The notes under the pieces were generated by a model, which did not search any database, was not told the DNA's origin, and saw only the letters and a program-made list of their open reading frames with translations. Source: Amoeboaphelidium protococcarum X5 (lineage: Eukaryota > Fungi > Aphelidiomycota). Taken from it: a stretch of DNA of 64,000 bases. The stretch covers positions 397,053 to 461,052 of the forward strand of contig JALDTO010000215.1 in assembly GCA_023515725.1 (NCBI GenBank). Reading direction: 5' to 3'. Position numbers and translations under genes: made by a program. Position 1 is the stretch's first letter. Each line of letters begins with the position of its first letter. Below, piece after piece: positions 12,673 through 30,530 of this stretch.

Positions 12673-13150
12673 TTTTATCACAAATTCAGAGGATTATTAT
12701 ATTCAAAAGATTAAAGAAATTAAAATCAGCAATAAACCTTTTTTAATTGCAAGACTATAAAAATGACGTGACAAGCTATAAAACTTATGTGAGCCTATAT
12801 AGATTTAAAGGGCGAGATGGTCTCAAATATTATAGAGCGCCCTTACTATTTGCTGGGAAAAAGAAAGAAAAAACAAAATCGATAAAATCTTGAGAATCTC
12901 AAAAAGCCTCCGGTCCGGTCGGCAAATGAACAAATCATCATCAGCGAGTCGTGTGATTGGCCCAAACAAGATACAACTAAAATCATAAAGAACGTCAGAC
13001 AATGAGGGAGATATCAGCAGAATACGTTGACGTATGTTTAAGTAGAGTGAATAAATTAATGCGAAATATCTTTTTATATAGAGTGAATAGAGTATTATTG
13101 AATCAGAATTAAAGTAATACTATAAAAGTTTGAAATAAAAGACATCTATA

Positions 13151-13825
13151 TCAGTTGAATTAGAATCCAGATTGAGACAGCAGCTTGCCTAATAGCTTTT
13201 CAGCTTGAGCATGTCGAGCATCTATATCCAGTTTATCTTGATAGTCCTATCTAAATTACCGGGCTTATTTCACTAAATACTCCAAGTTATCATCCTCGTC
13301 ATCCTCTTGTTCGTTGACGCGTTAATCTTTTTAGATTTCAATACTGGCCTCTTCTTCCACTTCATCACCACTAACATCACTCTACTATTATTACTACTAT
13401 TGGTCTAGAACTATATCCGCGAGATGACACTCAAGAGCATCCACTATGGAGGTAAAATCTTCATTAAAATGATATATTTAACTAGATAAATCAGAATCCA
13501 AATTCTAATCAAATTGGGATTGATCTCTACAAACTACGATGCAGTCTTGAGATTCCAATAGTGGAATTAGTTTCTATACTAAATCATCATGTACATGATC
13601 CACAAAGAGGATTAAGAATCTACTATGACAGTCCTCTACCTGGTGTTAATTACTTAATATTACATCCACCGCGGCGGAAAAGTATTTAGTTTTTACATTC
13701 AATTTACTTAATTCTGTATTAGGCATTTAGTAGTGATTCTACAGCTTCTTCAACAGCAATTGCCCATCTTTACCCACAATGGTAAGTGACGCATGGATAG
13801 ACTGTTATTCTCCTTACAATGTCAT
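13151..13825 (-). CDS. Alpha/gamma-adaptin-binding protein p34 (Irc6/AAGAB)-like
   Basis: 224-aa code-6 ORF absent from the ORF track; LNVKTKYFSAAV, IVDALECH, acidic linker and C-terminal DARHAQAEKLL resemble the family. Confidence 0.65.
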
Positions 13826-14182
13826 TTTGTTCGATTATTTACTGTTAACGCTGGACGAACGCTTAGAATCTGCAGATATCCAGACTCGCGCGTTACAGTC
13901 GAGAATGTGAAACGAAAAGAAATAGCGCGCGATCGAAAACAGAACCATTTGAAAGTATCAGACAGCGCTGGCCTATCAAGTATACATATTTAGAGACAAC
14001 TTTCAAATAAAGACTGCACGATCAGAGTTGCAACAACGTTGTTGCACAAAGTGTTGGCGACGAGCGAAACCACGTGAGTTAACGGACGGACATCGAGCTC
14101 GAAGGGGGAAAAATAGAAAGCGACTCCGCTCAAAATCGCTCGTCGCAATAATTAACATTTAGAATCAACAATTCACTTACTT

Positions 14183-14636
14183 TCAAACTTGAGCTGCTGT
14201 TACTTTGGACGGACGAGCAGCGGGGATAAACCAAAGGAGTATGTACGCGAATCCTATGGCCAACACCACTATGGACAATACGAGAATGTACACTGGCTGC
14301 ATCTCTAGCATGAGAACGCCAACAAAAACGTAATACAGACCTCTACCAAGTAAGTTATTCAAAAATCCACAGTACTCAACTACAAGGAATCTCAATTTAA
14401 ACTCGGCCATAAGGATAGTGACTCCAAACAGTATTCCATAAATGCCCAAGACGAATCTACACGTACGACCGTCAGTCAGATGTAACATTTAATGTACTTC
14501 TTTAAAGTGGGATTTTTCAAAGTCATTACAATTTAAAACTGCCAATGCCAGATATTATCTATAAAATTCCCAAGACTAACAATAAAACTCCGACGAATAC
14601 ATTAGCTATTGTATAAAAGATATCCTTTTTCAGCAT
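14183..14636 (-). CDS. TVP15: Tvp15/COPI-associated Golgi membrane protein
   Basis: Two exons (intron about 14457-14529); YGILFG...AEF...GFLNNLLGRGLYYVFVG motif. Confidence 0.8.
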
Positions 14637-16330
14637 TTTTGTAAGTGTTAATATTTCGTAGTTGAGCTCCTCCTGTTTTAAGAAAGTGAAAGGGAACAAC
14701 GCGTAAATTAAGCTCTTACACAGAATATATCATAAACTATAGACTTTTATTTTGCTTAATCTTACAATTTTAATTTATTAATATAACTTGACTTAATGCT
14801 ATCACCTACTTGCTCATTTCTATCAATGTCATCAATTACAGCGGTGGACACAAAAGGACCAATTTCATGATTCCGGATTCCCGCACAACGCCTAACAGGG
14901 CCCACAATGCTACTGGAATTTCTAACAGATGGCGCTTTCATGCTTACTAATTGCATTGACGACTTATCTTCATCAAATTAAAGATCTTTAAATACCGCCG
15001 TGCGCACCGGTGCCTCCACTAATGTTTTATCCTGTATGCGCTACTTCCCAATCAATCGCTTCACCTTCTTGGTACTGTCTAATACTAAATGTCTCAACCG
15101 CCATAGATTATTTTTAAGACTCGATTTTAAAAGTGGCCGGTCTAAAGTAGACGATGATGATGCAGTGCCAGATTGCATAATACGGTTATCAATAAGTCGC
15201 AACAGCTCAGCATTCTCATTCATCTGGGCAAAGTCTCGCGCTGTCAACTTTGCACATAAAACGCCATCAGCATCATAAATGTTACCAGCATGAGAAATGT
15301 CAGCATTGCACTCCAAGAGTAATTCAACAACAGGCGCGCTCTCACAAGCCACGGCAGCCATCAGCGGAGTCCAATTACTCTTTTGATTTCGAACATTTAC
15401 ATCAGCACCATAATCGAGTAATAATTTGACAGCAGTCGCATTACCCAGAGATGCGGCAAAAATAAGAGGTGTATCGCCAGATGCGTTCAGCTTGTATAGA
15501 CTGGATTTATTACGCGAGAGGAGAGCCAGGAGAGCGGGAATATTATCAGACTTGATGTATGAAAAGATCTTGGGCTCTTACAAAGACTGCGAGCCACTTA
15601 TACCATCCATCGAAGAGTCATATCTGTCAGCTGGTGGCTATAGAGGTCCTTGAACAGCTTCTAAAAAGTAAAAATTACGCGCCTTCTAAGCAATTTAAAT
15701 ACAATCTTGGCCACAATTGTTTTTCAATCGGATATCAGCACCTTTATCCAGAAGAAGTCTGGCCACGGGGGCGCTGTCTAAACTACCTGATGACGCCACG
15801 TACATGAGTGCTGAGTAACCATTTATACGATTCTGAGTATTGACATCGGCGCCATTACGCAATAGAATACGTACGCATTCCGAGTTCATCTTTGAACACG
15901 CTAGCATAAGAGCTGTCATTCCCATAATTTAGCCGCGTTAATTTACATCAAATACTGCGGTAGATTAAGCGGTTAAGAGCAACTATAGCGCAGCGGAATT
16001 CCCACGATACGATGCAATCATAAGAGCCGACATTCCAAATTGAGTCTCTAATTGATTACAGTGCTTTTATAGCATTAATAAAAACGAATCTAGCAAATAC
16101 TTAATAATAGATAATTCACCATAATATATTGCAATGTGCAAGGCGTTCCACCCATATTTGTTTTGTTGTATGACGAATTAAGGTGTAGCGAGCCTCTTGC
16201 ATAATACCAAATTCCCATCAGCGATGGCACAATGTAATGATGATGCTCCACACACTGGGCCTTCTGCTCTCTGAAAGTCATGACTCTATTAATTATTCTG
16301 CTTGCACTCTACTATTCGCCGCAGAGACAT
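14630..16330 (-). CDS. Ankyrin-repeat protein (3' end uncertain)
   Basis: About 7-8 ANK repeats (GWNALHIA, GMSALMIAS, GMTALMLAC, GYSALMYVA, GDTPLIFAA, WTPLMAAV) in one frame from ATG 16330; first in-frame TGA is at 14630-14632. Confidence 0.82.
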
Positions 16331-16802
16331 ATTTAGAGATAATTTTAATGATAAACTCCTAATTATTGAGGAGTATAGTATTTGATTATTGATCGATGGG
16401 AAGAAGAAAGCTTATTGATCGGATCAGCGCAAACATCAAACGCCCTTTGTTAAACTTGCGCACTTTTGCCTATCCCCTTGTGCTTGCTGCCTGTCACCTG
16501 GCAACGCGACGACTTTATCAACTTAAAATATTCCGGATGATAAGCCAACTGATTGGGTTATTAACAGCAACAACACCTCCGACACGATTCAGCCGACAGG
16601 ATTGTGGAGTATTTGAACAATTGACGCCATCGCTGAGAGACTATAAGCGATTAAGCTTAACAAAGTGCTGGTGAAAGAGAGAAAATAGTCAGTTCAACTA
16701 TACAGCAGTTAGTATACGAATATCATATTTCAGTACTGTACATTCACTCAAGTCAATCATACAAACAATCATTACAGGGCACCCGTCAAAGTAATGAACA
16801 AA

Positions 16803-18215
16803 TCAATTCTGTACCAAGAATAGAGACTTGCTCTTTCTCAAATCATTCAGATAAGCACCATCAACTCCATCAACATCTCTTCCCTTTGGATTCAAATGAG
16901 GCTTCATCTAGGCTTCTTCATCATCAGCATTCTTGGCGTAAGAATAATAAATCTATCCATAAGAGTCATAGCCCTCCTTGTTGTAACAAGATGCAGCACC
17001 TCCGTGCAATTGACCGATAACTCTCTTGGTGACTGCATCAAACAGAGGGCTACCACTGCTACCAGGCTCCGTGGTACCTCTTGTCCACTTTGGAACAGTC
17101 CAATGATCACGGACACCAGAGCGACCACAATAGTTACCCCAACATCCAGGACTGACAGAGATATCACTGAAAGAGATCTTCTTCACATCAACGCTTGGAT
17201 GGTGGATTCCGACAACGCTCTCAGCAGAAGAATTAGATGCAGACCATCCAGACAGGTAAACGTTGAAAGCCTCAGGGATCTCTTCGATCACCTCAACCAG
17301 CGAGTAATCAGAATTAGACCACTGAGCCAACTTCTTCATTCCATGAACAGTCTAAGTCTTGCTAGCAGGAGAACGATCACCGCAGCTCTAGTATTCATAG
17401 TTGAACAACAATAGGTTGTTGGACACATCTTTACGACCGATGCAGTGATAGGCGGTCAGATACAGTTGACGGCCATCATTCTCAGCATTATTCAACATGG
17501 CACCACTGCAGAATCCACTGCCAGAGTTGGAAAGGATCATGGCGACTGAGCGAACCTGATCTTACCAGCCATCGCCAGCTTCACAAGCGACATCTAGATT
17601 GCAAGAGCCACTTCTTCCAACAGTCAAAGGACGGAACCCGTGGATAACTTTGGAGACGTGGACAGTGCTTCTATCGGACTTTAACTCAATCAACTGCAGC
17701 AGCAACTCATTGGTATCAATAGGAGCAATGGCAAACTGACGGAACTCCTTGTTGTTCAGAGAGGTGTAAGGCCCAAACACTTTACCACTCACAGAGTTAA
17801 TAACATAAAACTCAGCACTTGGGCTCAGTTCAAACTGGTCAAATTGCAAGTTCAGAGACAGCGCCTTCTCTGATTTGATGCGCAGAGATTGGATACGAAT
17901 GTCGCCAATCACCTCCTCCGAAACCAGATTGCGATCGCTTGAATCGGTCAAGGAGACGTCAACATCGAAAACCTTACCAAAAGTATACTCACCATAATGC
18001 ACACCAGCCATCTACTCTTCAATAGCCACTTGTTCGCTAGCCAATTCAGCATTGTCAATATCAGCAGGTAACTCCAGCGCAATAGGGGCATTTTCAGAAA
18101 CAAACGTCAGCTCCTCCTAGATCTAACGACGGAGCTAAGCATCGCGGAAGACCACTTGCGCAGATACAGAGATCGCTACTGATAAAGCTGCTGCAAATTT
18201 CGTTAATAAAACCAT
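16803..18215 (-). CDS. Secreted lysyl endopeptidase-like (Achromobacter protease I, S1D) serine protease
   Basis: Signal peptide MVLLTKFAAALSVAISVSA, long propeptide, mature N-terminus GRSGSCNLDVAC, triad LTAYHC / SDYSL / GTTEPGSSGSP, GQLHGG; intronless, 470 aa. Confidence 0.88.
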
Positions 18216-18548
18216 ATTTGAATGCAATGATATTAAAATGCTGTGATATAGCAGTTATAATATGGTGGTTGTTGTTGTTGATAACAATGGGAAAGAGAGG
18301 GCAGGTGGGCGGAGAAACGACCAGAATGATAAAGGTTTCGGACGTTTCACAAGATCGCGTGATCAATTCGGCTGGGCGGTCCGCGTTTCACCGCATCGAT
18401 CGAATGGATGGATTTAGGCGATGACGATGAAATGACAAAGGAGAAACTGTTTCACGCGCATATTCCTCCCTGTATAATGATTCTCGCACTGTATTACTAA
18501 TGTTCGTCCTCAACTTTATAATCATAATTACGTTTACTTAGCTCATAT

Positions 18549-19718
18549 TCAATCGTACTTTTTAATTTCAATGTTGTTCATTTGCTCTAGTGCCAATTGC
18601 AGAGACTGAGTTCCAAGTCGACCATGGCCTTGAGCTTTTAACGCACGGTACAATTGATGAGCCAATGCGAGTCCTACCAAATTTCAACAAAATCACAAAG
18701 CATATTTGGAATCATTTAAAATTAAAGAAACTTACCAGGCAGTGACAATTCAAGGCGTCGTGCTTCATCTAATGCAATCTCCAAGTCTTTGATGAAATGT
18801 TCCACATAGAAGCCCGGTTGAAAGTCTCTTCTCAACATTCTTGGACCATAATTCGTAAGAGACCAACTTCCTACAATATTATCGGAGGCGAACGTCAGCG
18901 ATATTAGAGTACAAAATATAATCTTACCAGCAGCACCGGAACCAACGGCTTAAATGACAGTGTTCAAGTCCAAACCAGCCTTGTGTCCATAAATTAGAGC
19001 TTCCACTAATCCGACCATCATTGTGCTTATCAAGATTTGGTTGACCATTTTTGTGTGCTAACCGAAACCTGCCGCACCGCAGTAAGTCACGTTCTTGCCC
19101 ATAGCTTTAAACAGCGGGTCCAACTGAGACACAACTTCTTATTCACCGCCAGCCTACACACAATTGACTATGCACAAAAAGTAGATCAGAAAAATGGTAA
19201 CAACTTGTTGGTCAAATTTACCATTATAGACAGAGTGGCATTACGCGCACCAACATCACCGCCACTGACTGGTGCGTCAACAGCGAATATGCCTTTCTCC
19301 TAACATACCGATGCAATCTATGAAGCAAGAGATGGCTTGCTAGTAGTCATGTCTATAACTACAGATCCGGCTTTCAAGTGATGAAGAATTCCATTATCTG
19401 CATCAAGATACGTGGATTCGACATCAGCAGGGTAGCCAACAATAGTGAATACTACATCAGACTACTAGGCAACCTCTTTAGCTGAATCAACAACCTGAGC
19501 ACCAAGTTTCTCCAATGGAAGAGCTTTGGCTTTGGTTCTACACACTGTGTTACATAGTGTTGCAAATCGATAAGTTACATGGCATACCTGTTGAACACCG
19601 TCATGTTCTTGTAGCCGTTATTTATTAAATGTTCACACATATAGCGTCCCATAACTCCAGTACCAATCCAGCCAATTCTTGACGCCTTGCATATTGCCAC
19701 CATTTTGTTGTCAGACAT
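18549..19718 (-). CDS. 3-hydroxyisobutyrate dehydrogenase/6PGD-family oxidoreductase
   Basis: [39 protein letters not shown]; four short GT-AG introns. Confidence 0.9.
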
Positions 19719-20345
19719 TGTTCGCGTGTTAGAGAGAGACAAACGCCACATATGATGATCGCCGGTCTTTGAGTACATATTATACACCTTGTTAATGCAA
19801 TTGATTACTCATTTATGGCAATTTGTATGTAGATTATTATTCCTCCAAAATTATGAGAGGCTTAAAAAGCAAAATTAATATTCTGGTGATTGAAACTACT
19901 GTATTGTTACCGATTAAAGTTCTCTGGTTGATTGAATGTATAATACTAATTGCGAGTCTACAGTATGTATTTCTCTTTAAAGTAGAGTATTCGAAATTTC
20001 ATTAGCATTCTATAGAAGTGTAAGCATTATTTAAATATATGTAGACCAAATTTTGATTGAAAATATGAACTAATCTCATGGCTTGTTGTCTGTTATCGGT
20101 ACATTTCACAAATATAACGACTCTACTATGCCTTGCGTGCTTTGTTATGAGAAATAAACGCGAAAGGCTGGACAATGCAGCTGTGATCCAGCTGTGATTT
20201 TTTAAAATAATAAAGATGCCCTCTATAAAGTTTGGTGTGTAATATCGTCATATGCTAACGACGGTCCAATGCTGAATCAGTTCAAGTGGAATCAATCAGC
20301 GGTGTGATCAAACAAACGAAATCCATCACATTTTGTGATCAAACA

Positions 20346-21632
20346 ATGACCACTCTTGTTCTATAATAAACGATTGATACTTGTAGAAAAGTGAACGTCA
20401 TGATGCTGATGAATTTGAAATTAAAGACGGTAATTGGTGATGATCTATGCAGCAGCATCAGCCAGGACTGGCTGTCGTAATAGCGCGCACAACTGTCTGC
20501 AATGCCTACTGAGATCCTGGTGTAAATTGCGTCCTATCTCACAATTACTGATATTCTGGAACTGGCCCAGTGCAACTAGTATCTAAATCATCTCTCTTTC
20601 ACTCGAGCCATATGGGAAGGTGTCTCTTTCCAGTTGGATATGGCGGTCACCTTACCTAATAGCATTCTGGGTGTGGCTGATCAATTGCATCTCTCCCGCG
20701 AACATTAGAAGCGACAACTGAGGCAACGGATTCCTGAAAGCGCATCTATCTGGCATTTGCGCTCAACCGCCATGGCGAGCTAATTCTTGATTAATCTTCC
20801 TCCTCCGTCCATGTAGTTTCTACAGAGAAGTTCTACGACGCTTAGATTCTAATGGATTTAGACTCTCAAGCTGAACAATATCACCAGTTTCATTACTGAT
20901 GACTTTTTGCGTGTCCTTCTACCTCTACTTCCTCGCTTAGTTGCAGTTGATTTTTCTAGTTGCTCAATGCTCACGGATTACTCAATTTATGAGTTGGTAA
21001 AGCATCCAGAGAGAAGTCAGCGTTTGCGATCCTTGAAATTGAAGAGATGCCACGGTCTCACGTACAAAAGCTTGCATTATATTGCTAAATATTGCCAGGA
21101 TTTGCACGAGTTGGATTTGGATGGCTGTGGCGCTGTAACTGATAATGGTCTGATGTTGCTGTGTTCTACACCTCATAACAGCAATGGACAAGTAAAGCTA
21201 CCGTACACACTTCGTTCCCTAAATCTCTCAAATGCTGATTATCTTATGGAAAATGTTCTCTGCGCTTTCCTGAGATCATTCACCGCAGTATCTCCAGATT
21301 AATCTAATCTATGCGAGATTGAGTTGGAAAATACATTCTGTGTAACTGCAGCGTGTCTCTAATCCATTTATTCACATGTTTGCCTGTAAAACGATGAAGA
21401 TGAAATCGATATGGTTTAAAGTAAAAAGCGCTCATTCAATCTCAATGTTAAAGGATGTGAATAATTATTGAAAACAGAAGTGGAGCAATTTAGAAAGAGG
21501 CTCTTACAAGCGATTGCTGCAAATCCCAAGTTTAGTAACGCATTCATTGGCGTCTCGGTACAAGAGAATTGTAAACTGCACGACGATTCCGCGACTTCAA
21601 TCCGAAAGTATTTAGATTCCATTCTTGGCTGA
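20346..21632 (+). CDS. F-box/leucine-rich-repeat protein
   Basis: F-box LSAMPTEILVQIASYL...LAQCNQYL followed by Cys-containing LRRs (LDLDGCGAVTDNGL). Confidence 0.85.
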
Positions 21633-22033
21633 TGATTTATCATTATGATGCTTATTGTTAAGTAGAAGTTTCTTGATTGATGTGACTACCACTTATTGTT
21701 ATTAATTGTCGTGTTTAGCCACTTTATACCGACATCTTTCAATCTAATCAACCACCCATACGGGCGGGACCTCTTCGCTTATCGCTTAGAAACGGCCACA
21801 ATGATCAAACATCGTCGGAAGCGGCCAGATCGTGAAAAATCAACCGAAACTTCAACTCTCGCGATATTCTTCCCCTCCTCGCCGTTCTCTTCACGCTTTG
21901 CTCGTTCTGAACGATTTGTAATCGTTATTGCCTTTGTCCTCTACAGTTATTCCTTTGACTGACGAAAGTTATTTTCTCACTATTTTTATTATATTTAGAT
22001 AACAATCAAGTTTATACTTTTTTCAAGGATAAA

Positions 22034-23023
22034 ATGATATCACCTCTGAGTGGAGTTAAAAGTTAATTGATGATTGCTGCACCAGCTGAGAGCAAGTCCA
22101 ACAATGCACCACCATCTGGATATGATCTTTATGCTAGATTTGCGTTCGCTGGTGCTGTATGCTGCTCTGTCACTCACGGTGCACTTACTCCTGTCGATGT
22201 GGTCAAGACCCGTATTCAGCTGGATCCTGAGAAGTACAACAGAGGTATGGTGACTGCTTTTAGAACTGTGATCAAGGAGGAGGGAGCTGGTGCTTTGCTG
22301 ACTGGCTTCGGACCTACCGCTTTCGGTTACTTTTTGCAGGGTGCATTCAAATTTGGTGGTTATGAGTTCTGGAAGAAGACTATGGTTGAGGCTATGGGTG
22401 TTGAGAATGCTGTCAATTACAGAACTCCAATTTACTTGGCTTCTTCTGCTATTGCTGAATTCTTTGCCGATATCGCTCTGTGTCCACTGGAGGCTACCCG
22501 TATCCGTCTGGTGTCGCAGCCGTCTTTCGCCAATGGCCTTATTGGTGGCTTTATGCGTCTGCTGAGAGAGGAGGGTGTCGTGCGTGGATTCTACTCTGGA
22601 TTCGGTCCTATTTTGTTCAAGCAGGTGCCTTATACCATGACCAAGTTTGCCGTGTATGAAGTGGCTGCTGAGAAGATTTACCAGATTATCAATGTTCCAA
22701 AGGAGAAGTTGAGCACTTCCACTATCACTGCAGTGAATCTGGGAAGTGGTATCATTGCCGGTGTCTGTGCCGCCATCATCTCCCAGCCTGCTGATACTTT
22801 ACTATCCAAGATCAACAAGTAGAAGGGTGACTCTAGACCAGTGTCCACTCGTCTGATTGAGATGGCCTAGAAATTGGGAACTCGCGGTCTATTCGGTGGT
22901 ATGACTGCGCGTATCGTCATGGTTGGCTCGCTGACTGCCTTCCAGTTTGCCATTTATGGTGACATTAAGAGAATGCTTGGTGCCACTAACGGTGTGGAGA
23001 TTGCCAAAATTAAGAAGAATTGA
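22034..23023 (+). CDS. MIR1: Mitochondrial phosphate carrier (Mir1/Pic2, SLC25A3)
   Basis: [53 protein letters not shown]. Confidence 0.95.
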
Positions 23024-23408
23024 TTTTAAACTAATTGATCTTAAATTGAAAGCTTATTAAATATAAACTTTGAGGATGCTAGTTGTAGTTTCGCTCTGGC
23101 GCAATTCCAATGAAGCTTTATTATCATTGTTTTAGGGTGAACTTTTTATCATTTTACGTGTGTTGTAATAATGCTTATAATCTGATTCAGCTTTACTGAA
23201 TTACTGGTAACAAAAGTACAATACCTAAATGTTCAGAGCCATCGTCTTCGTTTCACCGCCTTCCGCCTTTGATTGGCGATCAGAGCAGAGATTTCATCTT
23301 TCCGCTTTTCAATCTTCGTTCAAGATCGTGCTCAGTAAGTTATAAATTTGTTCCTTTCCTTTGGTGAGAAGTAATAGGTAGTGTGAACAGTCATCTCAAA
23401 GTATATAG

Positions 23409-25982
23409 ATGAGTATGAATGGTACTATTTTAAGTGAGGATACTGATAATGAGAACTTTTATGATGCTCAAGAGGATTTCTCAGAGGTGGTGTTGAAGGC
23501 TTTCCCTCCTCAGTAGCCAGTTGATGATGGACGAGGTTCTATTATGAGAACACCATCCATAGTGGTCACAGATGACAACAATGTCAGTACTTCGCCGGCT
23601 ATTGACACTCTTCCGAGATAGAATGCACAGGATAAATAGTCTGCTGCAGTTATTGATGATGTAACTTAAGAGTTGAAGCAATTGGATGTTTCGAGTAATA
23701 ACAAATCTTCTAAAATGCTGGAACCAGTGGATCAGGTAATGGTGAAAGATTTGGATTCAGGGTAGTTATTAGATGCCGATGCTTTACATGAAGAGTATAA
23801 ATTGAAAAGTCGACTTGGTAATAATCCTCTTAATCAGCTGATTATTTAAAGATCCGGTTAAAGTGCTGCAGATTTGGCATCTGATGACAGCGATGAAGAG
23901 TAGAATGGTAGTAATAATGACTCTTAGTAAGCGCAACTTTAGATAGGTGCTCAATAGTAGAATAGAAATAGAGCCAATTCAGTGGGTAAATAGCTTAATA
24001 AATCTGCCACTAAAACTAAAGAGTTCTTCTCCAGTCTCAAGCGCAAAGTCTCCAACTCTCTAAAGAATCAAGGCTATGGATCAGACACCTCTACAGTTGA
24101 TACTGAGTTTACCACCTCCACATTTAATCCATCAAGGTACGTCAAGATGAAGTCTAAACATGTGAAGATGAGGTAATTTAATCGATTGGTGATGGTGCAA
24201 GAGTTAGTGAAGGGGATGCCTTAGACTGGAATCTCAGTTAAATTGAAGTAGTCCTCATCTTAATCATAATTATAACAGGCTTAGTTGAAGGCTAATTAAG
24301 ATTAATCGTAGTAGAATGGCTAGAAGTCTTAGTCGTAGAATTAACAGGATTAAGCTTAATAGGAGTAGACGACCCAGGAAGATGGAGCTGACAGTTGTCG
24401 AGGTCCTATCTGGGCTATGAAGTTTAATCGTGATGGTCGATACTTGGCCACTGGTGGATAAGATGCGGTGCTTAGAGTCTGGTCACTTGTGACTAATATG
24501 GATGGTGATGTGAACGAGTAGTAAGAGCCGTCATCTTTGCCGTCGTAACAGAATGGAGATAATACGTTTGCGAGATAAGAGACTGTGGATAGTAAAGTGA
24601 ATATGATGTCTAGCAGTAGCACGGGTTTTATGAAAAGCATTTTCAAGCCATAGCCACATCGAGTTTATAAAGGACATACTGCGGATATCCTTGACATTTC
24701 TTGGTCCAAGAATGATTTCCTCTTGTCATCTTCAATGGATAAGACTGTGAGAGTGTGGCACATATCTCGACTTGAATGTTTATGCGTATTCCAACACACT
24801 GATTATGTGACATCTATTGCATTTCATCCGAAAGATGATAGATTCTTCTTGGCCGGATGTCTGGATTGCCGTGTTAGATTGTGGAATATCCCAGAGAAGA
24901 AGGTTATGTATTGGAATGAGCTGCCTGAGGTGCACTCTTTGATCACTGCTGTCGGCTTTACTAATGATGGCAAGACGGTTATTGCTGGCAGTTACCTGGG
25001 TGCTTGTGTCTTCTTTGAAGTGGAAGGATTAAAGTATCATACTCAAGTCCATGCCCGCAGTACTCGAGGTAAGAATTCTCGTGGTGAAAAAATTACCGGC
25101 ATTGAATGTATGCCTAATTAGCCACCAGGTGAAGAGAAGGTGATGATAACATCTAATGACTCTCGTATAAGAGTCTACAACTTGCGCGATAAGTCTTTAT
25201 TTTGCAAGTATAAAGGCCTATCTAATTATAGCAGTTAGATTAAGGCGACATTTAGTGATGATGCGCGTTACATCATTTCCGGATCTGAGGATAATTACGC
25301 TTACATCTGGGAAACGTTCTCGGATTAGTAAGGTATCAATGGAATTGGTGTCGGTGGTGGTGGTTCACTGTTTTCTTCACACGCTAATCCTAATGCTAGC
25401 AAGTCTAATACTAGTCTTAATTCTGGTGGAAGTAAGACAAACACGAATGGTGGTGGCGGTGGATCTTCGTTTATGCACAACTTCTCATCTATTGGACAGT
25501 CAAGGCGAGACAGAAACAATAGATATGAAGCCTTCGCGGCACACGATAGTATCGTGACTTGTGCAATGTTCGTCCCCTCTAGAATAGTGTAAAAGTTGGA
25601 AGAAGCTGGTGTAGTCTAAGGACTTGATCAGATTAATCCTCAGCAGTAGATGGAGCAGAGTCAAGTGTCATCTCAAGGGTCTTAGAGAGCACCACAGCAG
25701 TATCGTCCTGCGGATGGGAGATTGATCATCACGGCGGACTACAATGGATGTGTTCGCATTTATGAAAACGAACGATTTGGCACTTAATCTGGTGTCAACT
25801 AGAGCTCTATGAGTACATTTGGTAGCCTGAGACCTGGTTCTATATTTGGATAATAGTAGTAATAGAAGAATGGATTGTAGACAGCTACAAAGCTATCCTA
25901 AAGTGTTGCCGCTAATTCTAACACTAGTCTTTCGTCCCTTCCCAAAGTCACCGAGATGACTCAGTAATAACAATAGTAATGA
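23409..25982 (+). CDS. WDR44/Dgr2-like WD40 protein with N-terminal FFAT motif
   Basis: ENFYDAQE FFAT-like motif; GPIWAMKF, GHTADILDISWSKNDFLLSSSMDKTVRVWH, FHPKDDRFF, ITSNDSRIR. Confidence 0.92.
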
Positions 25983-26340
25983 GTTTGAAAGTAGATTATG
26001 CACCAGAGTGAATTGTATTTATATTCATACGTTTTACTTTTGACTGCGTTACGTTTATATCCTGTACTGTTCAATAGATTGCACTCCGAATACTATCGGC
26101 ACTTGAGACTGACTCTTGTGGCTTTTTGACGCGCGCGAACTTTCCATCGTTTCTCGTTGTTCTTCTTCTTTCGTCGCTCTATCGCCCGTTTCGATCGATC
26201 GCACTTTTTGGTTTCTCGTTCCTTTTCTTCTTCGCTCACCACATCAACACCTAACATAGTGTACTTTCATATTAGCAAATTCTGTTCACTTTAAAAATAC
26301 CGTATAAAATTCAATTGTTTTGATTGGTGATTTTTAAGAA

Positions 26341-30138
<3,798 letters not shown>

Positions 30139-30530
30139 ATATTATGATTAATCAAAATTTAGTTACTGAATTCCATTAGTTTTATTGAATGGTCTTCTAC
30201 ATTGTCTGAAAACGACAATGGTGTAGACACAACACCTTTCTATCAATAGCCTTCAACATCATCATTGTGGCCATAATTCACGATTCTTTGTTGTCGTGTT
30301 GGAAACGGATCAGCGACAGCGATGTTTCCCCGTTTCGACGTTCTTTCCGCCCGCCCGTTCAATCAAAGTGAGTTTTTCTATTAACACAAGGCAACGAAAT
30401 AACTATACCTTGGTCCAATTTGCAAACTTTATTGATTGATTATATAGCTGGTTGCCATACTGCCGATTTTATTCTACCTGGAGTAATAAGCATAGATCTA
30501 TCTTATATCAATTCTAAATATTAATAGCGA

